Positions 9,262 to 17,852 of a DNA stretch of 64,000 nucleotides are shown here, piece after piece. The position numbers and the translations under genes are program-made. Under the pieces are notes generated by a model, which worked only from the letters and a program-made list of their open reading frames with translations, did not search any database and was not told where the DNA came from. The stretch is from Candidatus Woesearchaeota archaeon (GTDB lineage: Archaea > Nanobdellota > Nanobdellia > UBA10117 > JABICX01). Position 1 is the stretch's first letter, and each line of letters opens with the position of its first letter. The DNA lies in assembly GCA_018652045.1 (NCBI GenBank), contig JABICX010000004.1, positions 30,747 through 94,746 of the forward strand, given 5' to 3'.

Positions 9262-10010
9262 CTTTCTAGTACTAGGATCTTCCTAGTTAAACCTCCATGA
9301 ACGTACCATTCAAACTCACCGAGCTTCTTCCAATCGTTGGTTATTCGTAGTTTTAAATAATGTGGTCTGATCATCGCCAATCGAGAACCTTTCCTGAGAA
9401 CTTTATGTGCGCTAGCAAGGAATTTTGGATAGAGTTCAGCGAGTTTCTTACCTGCAAGTGTTGAACTTCGGCCATAGGGCGGATCGCAAGCAATCGCCCC
9501 AACGTTTTTGAATACAGTATCTAACTCAGTTGCATCTAAGTGTCGAAGTGTTGCTTTGACATTGAAATGTTTGGTATTTAGTTCAGAGTACCAAACCATC
9601 TTCCGATCAATATCTGATCCGCTAGGTTTGATTCCAAGTACACCTGCTTCAATAAGAATCGACCCTGTGCCGCAGAAAGGATCAAGAAGCTCTTTTTTCG
9701 CACCAGTTAGATTGATGAGTAATCTCGCTAGTTTCGGTTTAAGCATCGCAGGGTGCGTTTTAGGTTTCTTTTTCGGACTCCGTGCAACAAAGCGCTTGTC
9801 TGACTTCGCTGCCCATACCTTTAGACCATCAACGTAGCATTTTTGAACCATCGAAGATCTGTTGCAGATAGCTATAACTTGTTTTAGAGATAGCGCGAGA
9901 TCGATAGACACAGTATCTTTTGAACGGCGTAGCTTACGACCAAGTAAGGTTTCTAGCTCAAACTTAGCTAACTTATAGTTCTCCCCAGAAAGTTTGAAGA
10001 TATATATCAT
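9255..10010 (-). CDS. Putative tRNA/RNA methyltransferase (Trm11/UPF0020-like, class I SAM-dependent)
   Basis: SAM motif LDPFCGTGSILIEAG and catalytic DPPYG. Shorter (251 aa) than typical THUMP-containing Trm11/TrmG10. Confidence 0.65.
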   Translation of the reverse strand: MIYIFKLSGENYKLAKFELETLLGRKLRRSKDTVSIDLALSLKQVIAICNRSSMVQKCYVDGLKVWAAKSDKRFVARSPKKKPKTHPAMLKPKLARLLINLTGAKKELLDPFCGTGSILIEAGVLGIKPSGSDIDRKMVWYSELNTKHFNVKATLRHLDATELDTVFKNVGAIACDPPYGRSSTLAGKKLAELYPKFLASAHKVLRKGSRLAMIRPHYLKLRITNDWKKLGEFEWYVHGGLTRKILVLERC

Positions 10011-10046
10011 TATATATGTAAGAAAAATTAGAAATTAAAAACCTGC

Positions 10047-10196
10047 TTATTTCTTGGAACGAAGCAGACGCTCGATCTTCATCTCTACTCGTTCTATCTT
10101 TCGGTCAATTAGTACGATGTACTTTAGACTCCAAGTAATTCCAAGTAGTAAACCAAAAATCACTGCATAGATTATTATCTCTTCAGGGTTTAACAT
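10047..10196 (-). CDS. Possible small membrane protein (49 aa, below the ORF-track cutoff)
   Basis: My own translation: MLNPEEIIIYAVIFGLLLGITWSLKYIVLIDRKIERVEMKIERLLRSKK. One TM plus a charged tail, filling an otherwise empty 260-nt gap. Confidence 0.3.
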   Translation of the reverse strand: MLNPEEIIIYAVIFGLLLGITWSLKYIVLIDRKIERVEMKIERLLRSKK

Positions 10197-10273
10197 ATTT
10201 TCACCTATTCGATTAAGTATATAGTTAGTGCTATTTATACTTTACTAAATTACTAAAAATAAAAGAAGAAGAT

Positions 10274-10672
10274 TTATTCAAAAACTTGCGTTTTTGGTAT
10301 TTCTTCTGTCTCGCTTCCACCACGGAACACTGTCGCGAAACTTGGTGTTGCGATTAACCAGTTGTCTCCAACACCTGCGATGTCGCCTTCATTTGCGTCA
10401 AGAGTTTTCTTAATCTTATCAATCGCACGTTTTAGAGTTACTGAGTCTTTTTCACGTAGCGGACCCATGTTGATTAAAGCAATTGTATATCCTTCTCTTA
10501 GTGCGTCAAGAACAGGTTTTACACTGTCAAAACTATCTAAGGTAAAAGGTCTGATTGTTATTTTAGCTTTTGAACCAGTTACATCTGCTTCTAGTTCAAC
10601 ATAATCATCTGAAATCTCTAGTTCACCCGCATCGCGTTTGAACACTCCGCCAATTTTATCGAATACTCCCAT
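10274..10672 (-). CDS. sepF: Cell division protein SepF (archaeal FtsZ anchor)
   Basis: The C-terminal SepF/DUF552 core (ITIRPFTLDSFDSVKPVLDALREGYTIALINMGPL...AIDKIKKTLDANEGDIAGVGDNWLIATP) fits the SepF pattern. SD aaggtgag precedes the ATG. Confidence 0.8.
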   Translation of the reverse strand: MGVFDKIGGVFKRDAGELEISDDYVELEADVTGSKAKITIRPFTLDSFDSVKPVLDALREGYTIALINMGPLREKDSVTLKRAIDKIKKTLDANEGDIAGVGDNWLIATPSFATVFRGGSETEEIPKTQVFE

Positions 10673-10683
10673 TTTCTCACCTT

Positions 10684-10737
10684 AATAACGCAAACTTCAT
10701 AACAAGTTTGCGGGATTGAAAATCCATGATTTTCAAT
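10684..10737 (-). promoter_or_regulatory. Structured intergenic element copy A: two hairpins upstream of sepF
   Basis: Read on the minus strand: ATTGAAAAT-CATGG-ATTTTCAAT (9-bp stem, 5-nt loop), then C, then CCGCAAACTT-GTTATG-AAGTTTGCG, then TTATT and the SD. Related to 18494-18546. Confidence 0.4.
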
Positions 10738-10811
10738 ATGATACCACTTAGTGTTTTGTTGTGTTTATAATAATTAATATACCTGAGGAAACAGTTAGAT
10801 ATAAAGATTTC

Positions 10812-11063
10812 TTATTCGCCGTTCAAATCCTCTAAAATTGAAGATAACTCCCAAATCTGCGTCCGGGCGAATGAGCTTAAGTTTGGATCAAGTGAAATCT
10901 CACCAATCATCTGGCTAGCAGAATCAACCTTCATAGCAATCTCTTTGTGGTCGTCCAATAGTAGCTCTTCAATATCAGTTAGAACTGAACGTACGTTTTT
11001 TGGAATCGACTTGTCTGTGCAGAGTTCTTTGATTATCTCGATAACTTCAGTTAATTCTTTCAT
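10812..11063 (-). CDS. UPF0147-family protein (COG1698)
   Basis: 83-aa helical protein. IPKNVRSVL...ISLDPNLSSFARTQIWELSSILEDL matches the conserved UPF0147 pattern. Typical neighbour of prefoldin beta in archaea. Confidence 0.7.
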   Translation of the reverse strand: MKELTEVIEIIKELCTDKSIPKNVRSVLTDIEELLLDDHKEIAMKVDSASQMIGEISLDPNLSSFARTQIWELSSILEDLNGE

Positions 11064-11398
11064 TTTAATGAGCGAGTTAGTTTATTTTGAAGCTCTTCAG
11101 CACTTTCTTTTGTTTTATTTTCTTGTCTTTCAATGCTTTTAATTTTGATATCTAGTTCTTTTCTGCTCTTTTGAAGCTGCTTCTTAATATCTGCTGCAGA
11201 ATGCTCAACCATTATCTCACCAACTACAGAGTAAACTGCTTTCTTGGTTTTTGTGACTTCCTTTAACGCATTGTCTATCTCAATTTGCTGCACCTGAAGT
11301 TGCTGCTTCTGTGCTGCAAATACCTGTATGCGCTGTTGAAGTAACTGCATCTGCATTATCTGCTCTCTCATATCTTCATTTATTTTTTCACTTGCCAT
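11060..11398 (-). CDS. pfdB: Prefoldin subunit beta
   Basis: 112-aa coiled-coil protein with Q-rich N- and C-terminal helices and a central beta hairpin region (AVYSVVGEIMVE). Conserved synteny with Pcc1/RpoP/eL43. Confidence 0.8.
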   Translation of the reverse strand: MASEKINEDMREQIMQMQLLQQRIQVFAAQKQQLQVQQIEIDNALKEVTKTKKAVYSVVGEIMVEHSAADIKKQLQKSRKELDIKIKSIERQENKTKESAEELQNKLTRSLK

Positions 11399-11627
11399 TT
11401 ACTTTTCTCCAGTTTTGATTTACAATGGATAGTAGACTTGTTATGGAGTTCATTACTGCCCGAAAAGCAGTTACATCCTGAGCCTCTATCTTGATCTTTA
11501 ATGTTTTACCATTTCTAAGCGAATATTTCGCTCGTGCGCTTTTGAACTGTTGTTCTGGCGCCAGTGCATCAGCACATGCATTTAATAATGCTTTGTCGCC
11601 AGACACGTCTATATCTGATTTAATCAT
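11388..11627 (-). CDS. pcc1: KEOPS complex subunit Pcc1-like
   Basis: 79 aa. ...LNACADALAPEQ...LKIKIEAQDVTAFRAVMNSITSLLSIV fits the Pcc1/CTAG pattern (A.D..ALRA..NS). Synteny supports the call. Confidence 0.6.
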   Translation of the reverse strand: MIKSDIDVSGDKALLNACADALAPEQQFKSARAKYSLRNGKTLKIKIEAQDVTAFRAVMNSITSLLSIVNQNWRKVNGK

Positions 11628-11639
11628 TATGAATTAATA

Positions 11640-11789
11640 TCATCGAGCCTTAACTTTCTTGATAACAGAAGGACGGGCTTTTGAGATTATTCTTGAACCG
11701 CAGAACGGACAGATAACTCTACGTGCAAGGTTTTCAGCATTAATTTCTCGCTGACATTTGAAACACTTATATAATATCTTTGTTGCCAT
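11640..11789 (-). CDS. rpoP: DNA-directed RNA polymerase subunit P (Rpo12)
   Basis: 49-aa ORF not in the track. My own translation is MATKILYKCFKCQREINAENLARRVICPFCGSRIISKARPSVIKKVKAR, with a CxxC...CxxC zinc ribbon. Canonical position next to rpl37ae. Confidence 0.8.
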   Translation of the reverse strand: MATKILYKCFKCQREINAENLARRVICPFCGSRIISKARPSVIKKVKAR

Positions 11790-11790
11790 A

Positions 11791-12009
11791 CTATTTTACG
11801 TTTGAGTTGTAGGCCTGTCCAGCATATTTTGAATCACATTTATTGCAATACCAGATTCCTACAGAGAGTCGCTTTACACCGACTTTCTTACAAAATGGAC
11901 ACGTATGCTTTGCTCGTAGTATTTTTTCTACGTCATTAATCTTGTGCTTAATCTTTCGACCATATCTTGCTCCAAATCTACCTGCTGAGCCTAGCTTTTT
12001 TAATGCCAT
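11791..12009 (-). CDS. rpl37ae: 50S ribosomal protein eL43 (L37Ae)
   Basis: MALKKLGSAGRFGARYGRKIKHKI...CPFCKK...CNKC zinc ribbon. ATG at 12009 is preferred because the longer ORF-track start runs through the tRNA-Ser gene. Confidence 0.9.
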   Translation of the reverse strand: MALKKLGSAGRFGARYGRKIKHKINDVEKILRAKHTCPFCKKVGVKRLSVGIWYCNKCDSKYAGQAYNSNVK

Positions 12010-12052
12010 CTTAATGATAATCTCTCTAGTTAATTTATAAAGCTTTCCTAGC

Positions 12053-12135
12053 GCCGGGACTGGGATTCGAACCCAGATATCCGTAAGGAAACAGCCTTTC
12101 CAGGGCTGCGCGGTACCAGATTGCGCCACCCCGGC
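12053..12135 (-). tRNA. tRNA-Ser (anticodon GGA), class II with long variable arm
   Basis: Acceptor GCCGGGG/UCCCGGC, anticodon arm CAGCC-CUGGAAA-GGCUG, variable arm UUUCCUUACGGAUAUC, T arm CUGGG-UUCGAAU-CCCAG, discriminator G. Confidence 0.9.
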
Positions 12136-12216
12136 ACACAAGTATCCGTATAACTTCCTTTAAATAAATTACCCCTGCCAACGAAATGATTATAAACTAA
12201 TCTCTGAAATCAGGGT

Positions 12217-12738
12217 ATGAAAGAGCAAACATTAGTTCTTGTAAAGCCAGATGGCGTCGAAAGAGGCCTTATTGGCGAAGTCATAAAGCGGCTTGAGCAG
12301 AAGGGATTAACAATATCTGCTATGAAAATGCTTACTCCGACATCAGAGCAAGTCGGTACACATTATCCATATGATTTAGATTGGCTAAACAGTGTAGGGA
12401 TTAATACCAAAAAATCTTTTGCAGCAAAAGGCGTTGAAATGGAAGAAACAGAGTTACAGATTGGCGAGCGTATTCGACAGTGGAATATGGATCTTCTAAG
12501 TTCCGGACCGATTGTTGCCATGATCGTTAACGGTTACCACGCCGTTGAAATCGCACGTAAGGTTGCTGGCGCAACTCAACCACTTAAAGCTCAACTCGGA
12601 ACAATTCGTGGCGATTTTTGCGTAGAATCTTATGATGTAGCTGACGTAAAAAAACGTCCAATAAAGAATATAATGCATACTGCTGAGTCTGTTGATGCAG
12701 CTAAGAACGAAATGCAGGTTTGGTTTCCAAACTTTTAA
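12217..12738 (+). CDS. ndk: Nucleoside diphosphate kinase (divergent, with insertions)
   Basis: MKEQTLVLVKPDGVERGLIGEVIKRLEQKG, SGPIVAM and GTIRGDF are NDK hallmarks, with the active-site His in NIMHTAES. 173 aa versus about 140-150 typical. Confidence 0.8.
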   Translation: MKEQTLVLVKPDGVERGLIGEVIKRLEQKGLTISAMKMLTPTSEQVGTHYPYDLDWLNSVGINTKKSFAAKGVEMEETELQIGERIRQWNMDLLSSGPIVAMIVNGYHAVEIARKVAGATQPLKAQLGTIRGDFCVESYDVADVKKRPIKNIMHTAESVDAAKNEMQVWFPNF

Positions 12739-12761
12739 TATGTATTATCTTCTTGTATATT

Positions 12762-13805
12762 ATGGATCATAAAAAGAGATTCGCAAGTTTTGTTAAATCA
12801 ATTAAACCGCTGGATCAGATAGCGATTATTCATGACTCTGACGCAGACGGAATCTGTTCAACAGTTATTGTTGCTAAGGCGCTCGAGAAACTAGGACATA
12901 AAGTAGAGCGTTTTATACAAAGTAGCTATGGTAACTTTAACTACGATCGTCTTAAAGCATTGCGCGATGAAGGTACGAACAAACTAATACTTGTTGACTT
13001 TGCAGCAGATCAGTTTCCTGAACTTAAACGGGAGCTAGATCTTTTTGAAGCGACGCTAATCATTGATCACCATAAGATTTACAAGAATATTAATTCTAAG
13101 AAAATCATCTTCATTAAAGCAGAATACTTGCGGCCAAAACTGATTGGTTCAGATTACTGCGCAACGAAGATGGCATTCGATTTATTCTCAAATGTCGTAG
13201 ATATATCTGAGCTAGATTGGATGGCGGCGATAGGTATGATAACCGACATAACTGATGCTAAGTGGAAAAAATTCTTAAACCAAGTGTATAAAAAACACAG
13301 GACATCGCGTGAAGAATTACTTCAGGCAGGAATTATCATTGATACGGGCAAACAGGTTAATCCTCCACAAGTAGAACGTGCACTTGAGATGGTGTTTGAA
13401 GCTAGGACTTACAAAGATATTCTTAAATCATCTTTTAGTAAGTTGGCAAAAGAGCTGAGAAATGAGATAGAGTTTTGGGTTAATAAGTTTGAGGAAAACG
13501 CGGAGAATAAGAAAGATCTCTGGTTGTATGAGATAGATCCTTCAGCATCAATCATATCCGTAGTTTCAACATTACTTGCATTGAAATATCCTAAGTATTC
13601 GATAGTTGTGGTTCGAAGATACAAAGGAAAAGTTGCGATTAGTGCAAGAAACCATCTTGGAAAGCGAGCGATGAACACGCTGCTTGAGAAAGCTGTAAAG
13701 AGTATGAAGGGAGCAAATGCTGGAGGTCACATACCTGCTGCAGGTGGGACTATTCGTGAAAAAGATTATGCTGAATTCCAGAAAAGACTCTGGAAGATGG
13801 CCTAG
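12762..13805 (+). CDS. DHH-family phosphoesterase (NrnA/RecJ-like)
   Basis: Motifs IIHDSDADGICS, LILVDF, IIDHHK (DHH) and C-terminal GGHIPAAGG (DHHA1). ATG at 12762 is preferred over 12720. Confidence 0.8.
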   Translation: MDHKKRFASFVKSIKPLDQIAIIHDSDADGICSTVIVAKALEKLGHKVERFIQSSYGNFNYDRLKALRDEGTNKLILVDFAADQFPELKRELDLFEATLIIDHHKIYKNINSKKIIFIKAEYLRPKLIGSDYCATKMAFDLFSNVVDISELDWMAAIGMITDITDAKWKKFLNQVYKKHRTSREELLQAGIIIDTGKQVNPPQVERALEMVFEARTYKDILKSSFSKLAKELRNEIEFWVNKFEENAENKKDLWLYEIDPSASIISVVSTLLALKYPKYSIVVVRRYKGKVAISARNHLGKRAMNTLLEKAVKSMKGANAGGHIPAAGGTIREKDYAEFQKRLWKMA

Positions 13806-13839
13806 AAACGCTTAAAAGAACAGATTTTGGAAAAGATAC

Positions 13840-14259
13840 ATGGCTTACAAGTATATAGAGGGTATAACATCTGACGTAATGTTTGAGGCAGAAGGCAAGG
13901 ACCTTGATAGCATGTTAGAGCAAGCTAGCCTAGCGCTTTTTGATGTTGTCTGTCAGAGAAAGAAAGTTAATCCTACTAAGAAGATCAAGATAAAAGTTGA
14001 AGGTTCGGATGAAAAAGACATTGTCTATATGTGGCTATCTGCACTTTTATCTGAATCAGATGCGAATGAGCTGTTTTTCTCAAAGTTTGAAGTTAAAGTC
14101 AATAAGAAAGGAAAGAAGTTTGTCGCCAAGGGTGTTGCACACGGAGAAGATTATTCTTCAGAGAAGAGTGGAACTGTTGTAAAAGGCGTTACGTATTACA
14201 ATTTCAAAGTCGAAAAGACAAAGAAAGGCTTTAAATGCAGAGTCGTGGTGGATATTTAA
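13840..14259 (+). CDS. Archease (RtcB activator)
   Basis: MAYKYIEGITSDVMFEAEG... N-terminus and C-terminal KGVTYYNF pattern. Immediately upstream of rtcB with a TAATG overlap. Confidence 0.85.
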   Translation: MAYKYIEGITSDVMFEAEGKDLDSMLEQASLALFDVVCQRKKVNPTKKIKIKVEGSDEKDIVYMWLSALLSESDANELFFSKFEVKVNKKGKKFVAKGVAHGEDYSSEKSGTVVKGVTYYNFKVEKTKKGFKCRVVVDI

Positions 14260-15728
14260 TGAGAGATAAACCGAGTGTAGATGTGAAATCAAAGATGAAA
14301 GCAGCAGGTACATCTAGACAGATTATTCCAAAGTCAATTAGAAAAGGCATGAACGTTGATGCAGTTGTCTATGGTAACTCTAAGATTCTTAAGCAGATGG
14401 AGAATGACGCACTTTACCAACTGACAAATGTAGCATGTTTACCTGGTATTGTAGCACCTGTTATTGCAGCGCCAGACATTCATTGGGGATATGGTCTGCC
14501 AATGGGCGCAGTAGGCGCTTTTGATGATAAGGATGGCGTTATCTCTTGCGGTTGTACGGGTTTTGACATTAACTGTGGTATTCACATGATTCGAACGAAT
14601 CTCACACGGAAGCAGGTTGAACCAAAAATCAAGCAACTTATTGATACTCTATTCCAGAATATACCTTGTGGTGTTGGCGCAAAAGGAAAATTACGACTTA
14701 CATTAGATCAGCTAGACGACGTTCTTAGAACTGGAGCTAACTGGGCTGTAGAAAATGGATACGCGGTCAAAGCAGATGTTGAGCACATGGAAGAAGAAGG
14801 GTGCATGACTGGAGCAGACCCCGCAAAAGTTTCAGACATGGCTAAGAAGCGAGCACTTCCTCAGCTGGGAACTTTGGGTGCGGGAAACCATTTCTTAGAA
14901 GTACAGTCCGTTGACGAAATCTTCGACGCGAAAACTGCAAAGGCATTTGGTATAACAAAGAAAGACCAAGTTATAATCATGCTTCACTGTGGCTCACGTG
15001 GTTTCGGCCACCAGGTTGCTTCTGACTATCTGAGAGTACATGAAAAGGCAGCTAAAAAGTACGGTATCGAGCTACCCGACCCACAACTTGTATGTGCTCC
15101 AGTCAACTCAAAAGAGGGACAGGATTATTACAAAGCGATGAAGTGCGCAGTTAACTATGCTTTTGCAAACCGAACAATCATGACCGCATGGATACGCGAG
15201 AGCTTTGAGCAGGTCTTTGATAAGAAATGGAAAAGCATGGAGATGGATACAATATACGATGTCTGTCATAACATATGTAAACTTGAAGAGCACGAAGTTA
15301 ATGGTAAGAAAAAGAAACTATATGTTCATAGAAAGGGCGCAACTAGAGCCCTACCTGCAGGCCACCCACTAGTTCCAAAGAGCTATAGAAAGGTTGGTCA
15401 ACCAGTTTTGATTGCAGGATCGATGGGAACGGCATCATATGTTCTTGTAGGTACTGAAAAAGGAAAGGAGAGTTTCTTCTCAACCTGCCACGGTGCAGGA
15501 AGAGTTATGAGTAGACACAAGGCGCTAAAGTTGTTTCGGGGCGAGCAAGTTAAGGCAGATCTTATGAAAAAACAGAACATCTATGTTCGAGCAACTCATG
15601 GTAAAGTTATTGCAGAAGAGGCACCTGGCGTGTACAAGAATGTTGACGAAGTTATAGAATCTGTTCATTCAGCAGGCATATCAAAGAAAGTAGCTCGACT
15701 TGTACCCCTTGGCGTTGCAAAAGGCTAA
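14259..15728 (+). CDS. rtcB: RNA-splicing ligase RtcB
   Basis: Conserved PDIHWGYGLPMG, FDINCG, GAGNHFLE, HCGSRGFGHQV and CHGAGR motifs. Start at 14259 is coupled to the archease stop. Confidence 0.9.
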   Translation: MRDKPSVDVKSKMKAAGTSRQIIPKSIRKGMNVDAVVYGNSKILKQMENDALYQLTNVACLPGIVAPVIAAPDIHWGYGLPMGAVGAFDDKDGVISCGCTGFDINCGIHMIRTNLTRKQVEPKIKQLIDTLFQNIPCGVGAKGKLRLTLDQLDDVLRTGANWAVENGYAVKADVEHMEEEGCMTGADPAKVSDMAKKRALPQLGTLGAGNHFLEVQSVDEIFDAKTAKAFGITKKDQVIIMLHCGSRGFGHQVASDYLRVHEKAAKKYGIELPDPQLVCAPVNSKEGQDYYKAMKCAVNYAFANRTIMTAWIRESFEQVFDKKWKSMEMDTIYDVCHNICKLEEHEVNGKKKKLYVHRKGATRALPAGHPLVPKSYRKVGQPVLIAGSMGTASYVLVGTEKGKESFFSTCHGAGRVMSRHKALKLFRGEQVKADLMKKQNIYVRATHGKVIAEEAPGVYKNVDEVIESVHSAGISKKVARLVPLGVAKG

Positions 15729-17131
15729 TAACCCCAGTCATTAACTTGTGGATTTTTTTCAGGCAAAATATTTAATATATTTGACCCTTTCTTGCTCGCT
15801 TCATGGGCAGTTAAAATTGATTCTAAGTCTTCGTGCTTTAACATAGCTTTTCTAAATAGCACTCTATCCATAGTTAATGTAGCCATTTTTGTTCTTCCGT
15901 AACGACCTTTTGTCGTTATAATCTGACGAAGCCGGCCTGCAGCGTTCTGCTCACTAATTTTATCTGATATGCGGCGTTGGGTAAGCGGGACTTTAACACA
16001 CAAGTTCATTAGTTTTTCGTATGTATTATATATTGAGCCAGTATCCCATTCATATGTACTGAATTCTTCACCTAGCAGGTACAGACTGAACAACATGCCT
16101 GCAGAATGAAGATCTAAGTCGAGAATGTTATTTATTGTGCGAATATCGCCACTAACCTGTTCAGAAGCCATCTGTGCGAAATCATTAGTAAGCGTATATT
16201 CTTGCTTCTCCGAAGAATGTTCTCGGTAATATCTTCCAGTTAACTCACAAGCTTTATTGAGTATCTTTATAGCGTGTCTTGCATCGCCAGGTTTATCCTG
16301 TGTTGACTGTGCAGCGATTAATGAAATCGCACCAACTTCCGAGTCCAGATTGTTCTTGGCTCTTTCAGTTAATATATCGCGCACGTGTTGCGCATTATAC
16401 GGTGTAAAATCAACAGGTTCTGCAGAACTAATTCTGCTTTCAACAGCACAATCTTCAAAACATTTTTCTAATGTAGCATAATTATTCGTAATACCGATTA
16501 TGGCTAGCGGAGGTATATGATATCTTTCATCAGTATTTAGTTGATCTAGGTTGTATATGAAATCCGCACCATCTTTTTTAACAAGTTTGTCTATTTCATC
16601 GATTATAATCACGTGTGGATGGCCCTCTTTTTTTAATACATTAGTTAAAATATCATATAATTCATTTAACCGGTAACCACTGTATACGAAATCCTTGCCA
16701 ATAATATTCTGACAGGTTATACCAATAAGATTATGTTCAGAACTTATTCTGCGAGCGTTGGTATAAGAGTACCGAACCCCAACTGGGACTAAACCTTGTG
16801 TGAAGGAAGCGTTGTATTTTTCACTTGCCTCAACGAGCATATCTAAAACATGAGTAGTTACATGTGTCTTGCCAGTCCCATTTCCACCACGTACAAATAG
16901 CATCTCGGGAGCAGTACCCTTTAATATAGGACTTAGATGCGCAACCATATCGCTAATCTGTTTTTCTCTATGTGGAAATTCTGAAGGTATATATTTACTA
17001 GTTAATAATTCAGGGCGCTTAGCTGCATAAGATGTTCGTCCTTGCTCGCGAGCTTTTGCAGCGTTTTCCATCAAAGTTATGAATAGATTTTCAGGTTTAG
17101 GAGCACTATCGGTATCAAGGTCGTTACTCAT
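15725..17131 (-). CDS. cdc6: Orc1/Cdc6-type AAA+ replication initiator (divergent, 468 aa)
   Basis: YIPSEFPHREKQI, Walker A GGNGTGKTH, Walker B VIIIDEIDKL, sensor region GDARHAIKILNKA, and a C-terminal winged helix (LTQRRISDKISEQNAAG). Confidence 0.75.
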   Translation of the reverse strand: MSNDLDTDSAPKPENLFITLMENAAKAREQGRTSYAAKRPELLTSKYIPSEFPHREKQISDMVAHLSPILKGTAPEMLFVRGGNGTGKTHVTTHVLDMLVEASEKYNASFTQGLVPVGVRYSYTNARRISSEHNLIGITCQNIIGKDFVYSGYRLNELYDILTNVLKKEGHPHVIIIDEIDKLVKKDGADFIYNLDQLNTDERYHIPPLAIIGITNNYATLEKCFEDCAVESRISSAEPVDFTPYNAQHVRDILTERAKNNLDSEVGAISLIAAQSTQDKPGDARHAIKILNKACELTGRYYREHSSEKQEYTLTNDFAQMASEQVSGDIRTINNILDLDLHSAGMLFSLYLLGEEFSTYEWDTGSIYNTYEKLMNLCVKVPLTQRRISDKISEQNAAGRLRQIITTKGRYGRTKMATLTMDRVLFRKAMLKHEDLESILTAHEASKKGSNILNILPEKNPQVNDWGY

Positions 17132-17225
17132 TGTACTCTCAGTTTTGATGACGGAAATATAAGGATTATTATCCTCGAGTGAAATAATGGCTAAATATTT
17201 TTAAAGGAAAGAACTGTTGCTTGAT

Positions 17226-17804
17226 ATGAATACACTCGCAGGTTTTGAACAAGATTATGAGATAAATGATCGCGCTAAACAAAAAAACAAAGATTTAGCG
17301 TATCTTCAATCGAGGCTACCTGATCGTATAGCAAAAGAAGCGATAGATCCGTATGATGCTTTCATGATTCGGAGTAATGGTGGACCAATACCTATTGAAA
17401 CCTATTGGGATGTTCTAGAACATTTTGGAATTGAGAAAGCAAAGATTTTTGTTAAACGTTGTGGTGGGGCTGTTCAGAAAGAGATGGGTTCCAGTACAAC
17501 GCAGACTATTGTGGATATACTATACTTTCTTGCTAAAGAAAAACTACCTCCTGAGTTAGATAGTCTGGAAGCACCTGAAGAAGAATTACGTAAAGCATTT
17601 ACAACGATAGTTGGTAAAGTAGCAAGCACAGACATTCTTAATTATACGGGAGATATATCACGAGGGTCTGCAGTTATGGCAGAGTATCAAAATCCGCGAA
17701 CACAAAATTCTCCCAAGGACATACTACTGAAATCAGTTGTTCTCCAAGGATTAGTATCTACGCATAGAGAGACCTTAAGTCTAGCTGAAAAGCTTGAAAA
17801 ATAG
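17226..17804 (+). CDS. Hypothetical protein (192 aa)
   Basis: ORF divergent from cdc6, with the first ATG at 17226 (the track start at 17217 is TTG). No recognisable motif. Confidence 0.5.
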   Translation: MNTLAGFEQDYEINDRAKQKNKDLAYLQSRLPDRIAKEAIDPYDAFMIRSNGGPIPIETYWDVLEHFGIEKAKIFVKRCGGAVQKEMGSSTTQTIVDILYFLAKEKLPPELDSLEAPEEELRKAFTTIVGKVASTDILNYTGDISRGSAVMAEYQNPRTQNSPKDILLKSVVLQGLVSTHRETLSLAEKLEK

Positions 17805-17852
17805 TAAACCTTTTAAGGATACTTTTGTCACTTATTGATAGAAAACAGTAAC

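Noticed and set aside
12010-12141. N-terminal extension of the rpl37ae ORF (track start 12141), and similar extensions of pth2 (3443), rps19, rpl18, rps5, rpl30, rps4, rpl14e, rpl34e, gatC and gatE.
   Set aside because: The extensions run through a tRNA gene or the 3' end of the upstream gene. Conserved protein N-termini begin at internal ATGs positioned right after the upstream stop codons.
17132-17225. Replication origin next to cdc6. I also considered the AT-rich ftsZ-gatD spacer (56185-56350) with four GTTTA(A/T)A repeats.
   Set aside because: I found no ORB or mini-ORB-like inverted repeats, and the spacers are short (94 and 166 bp). The GTTTAAAATA repeats are better explained as TATA boxes of divergent promoters. 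Whole-genome skew analysis is needed.
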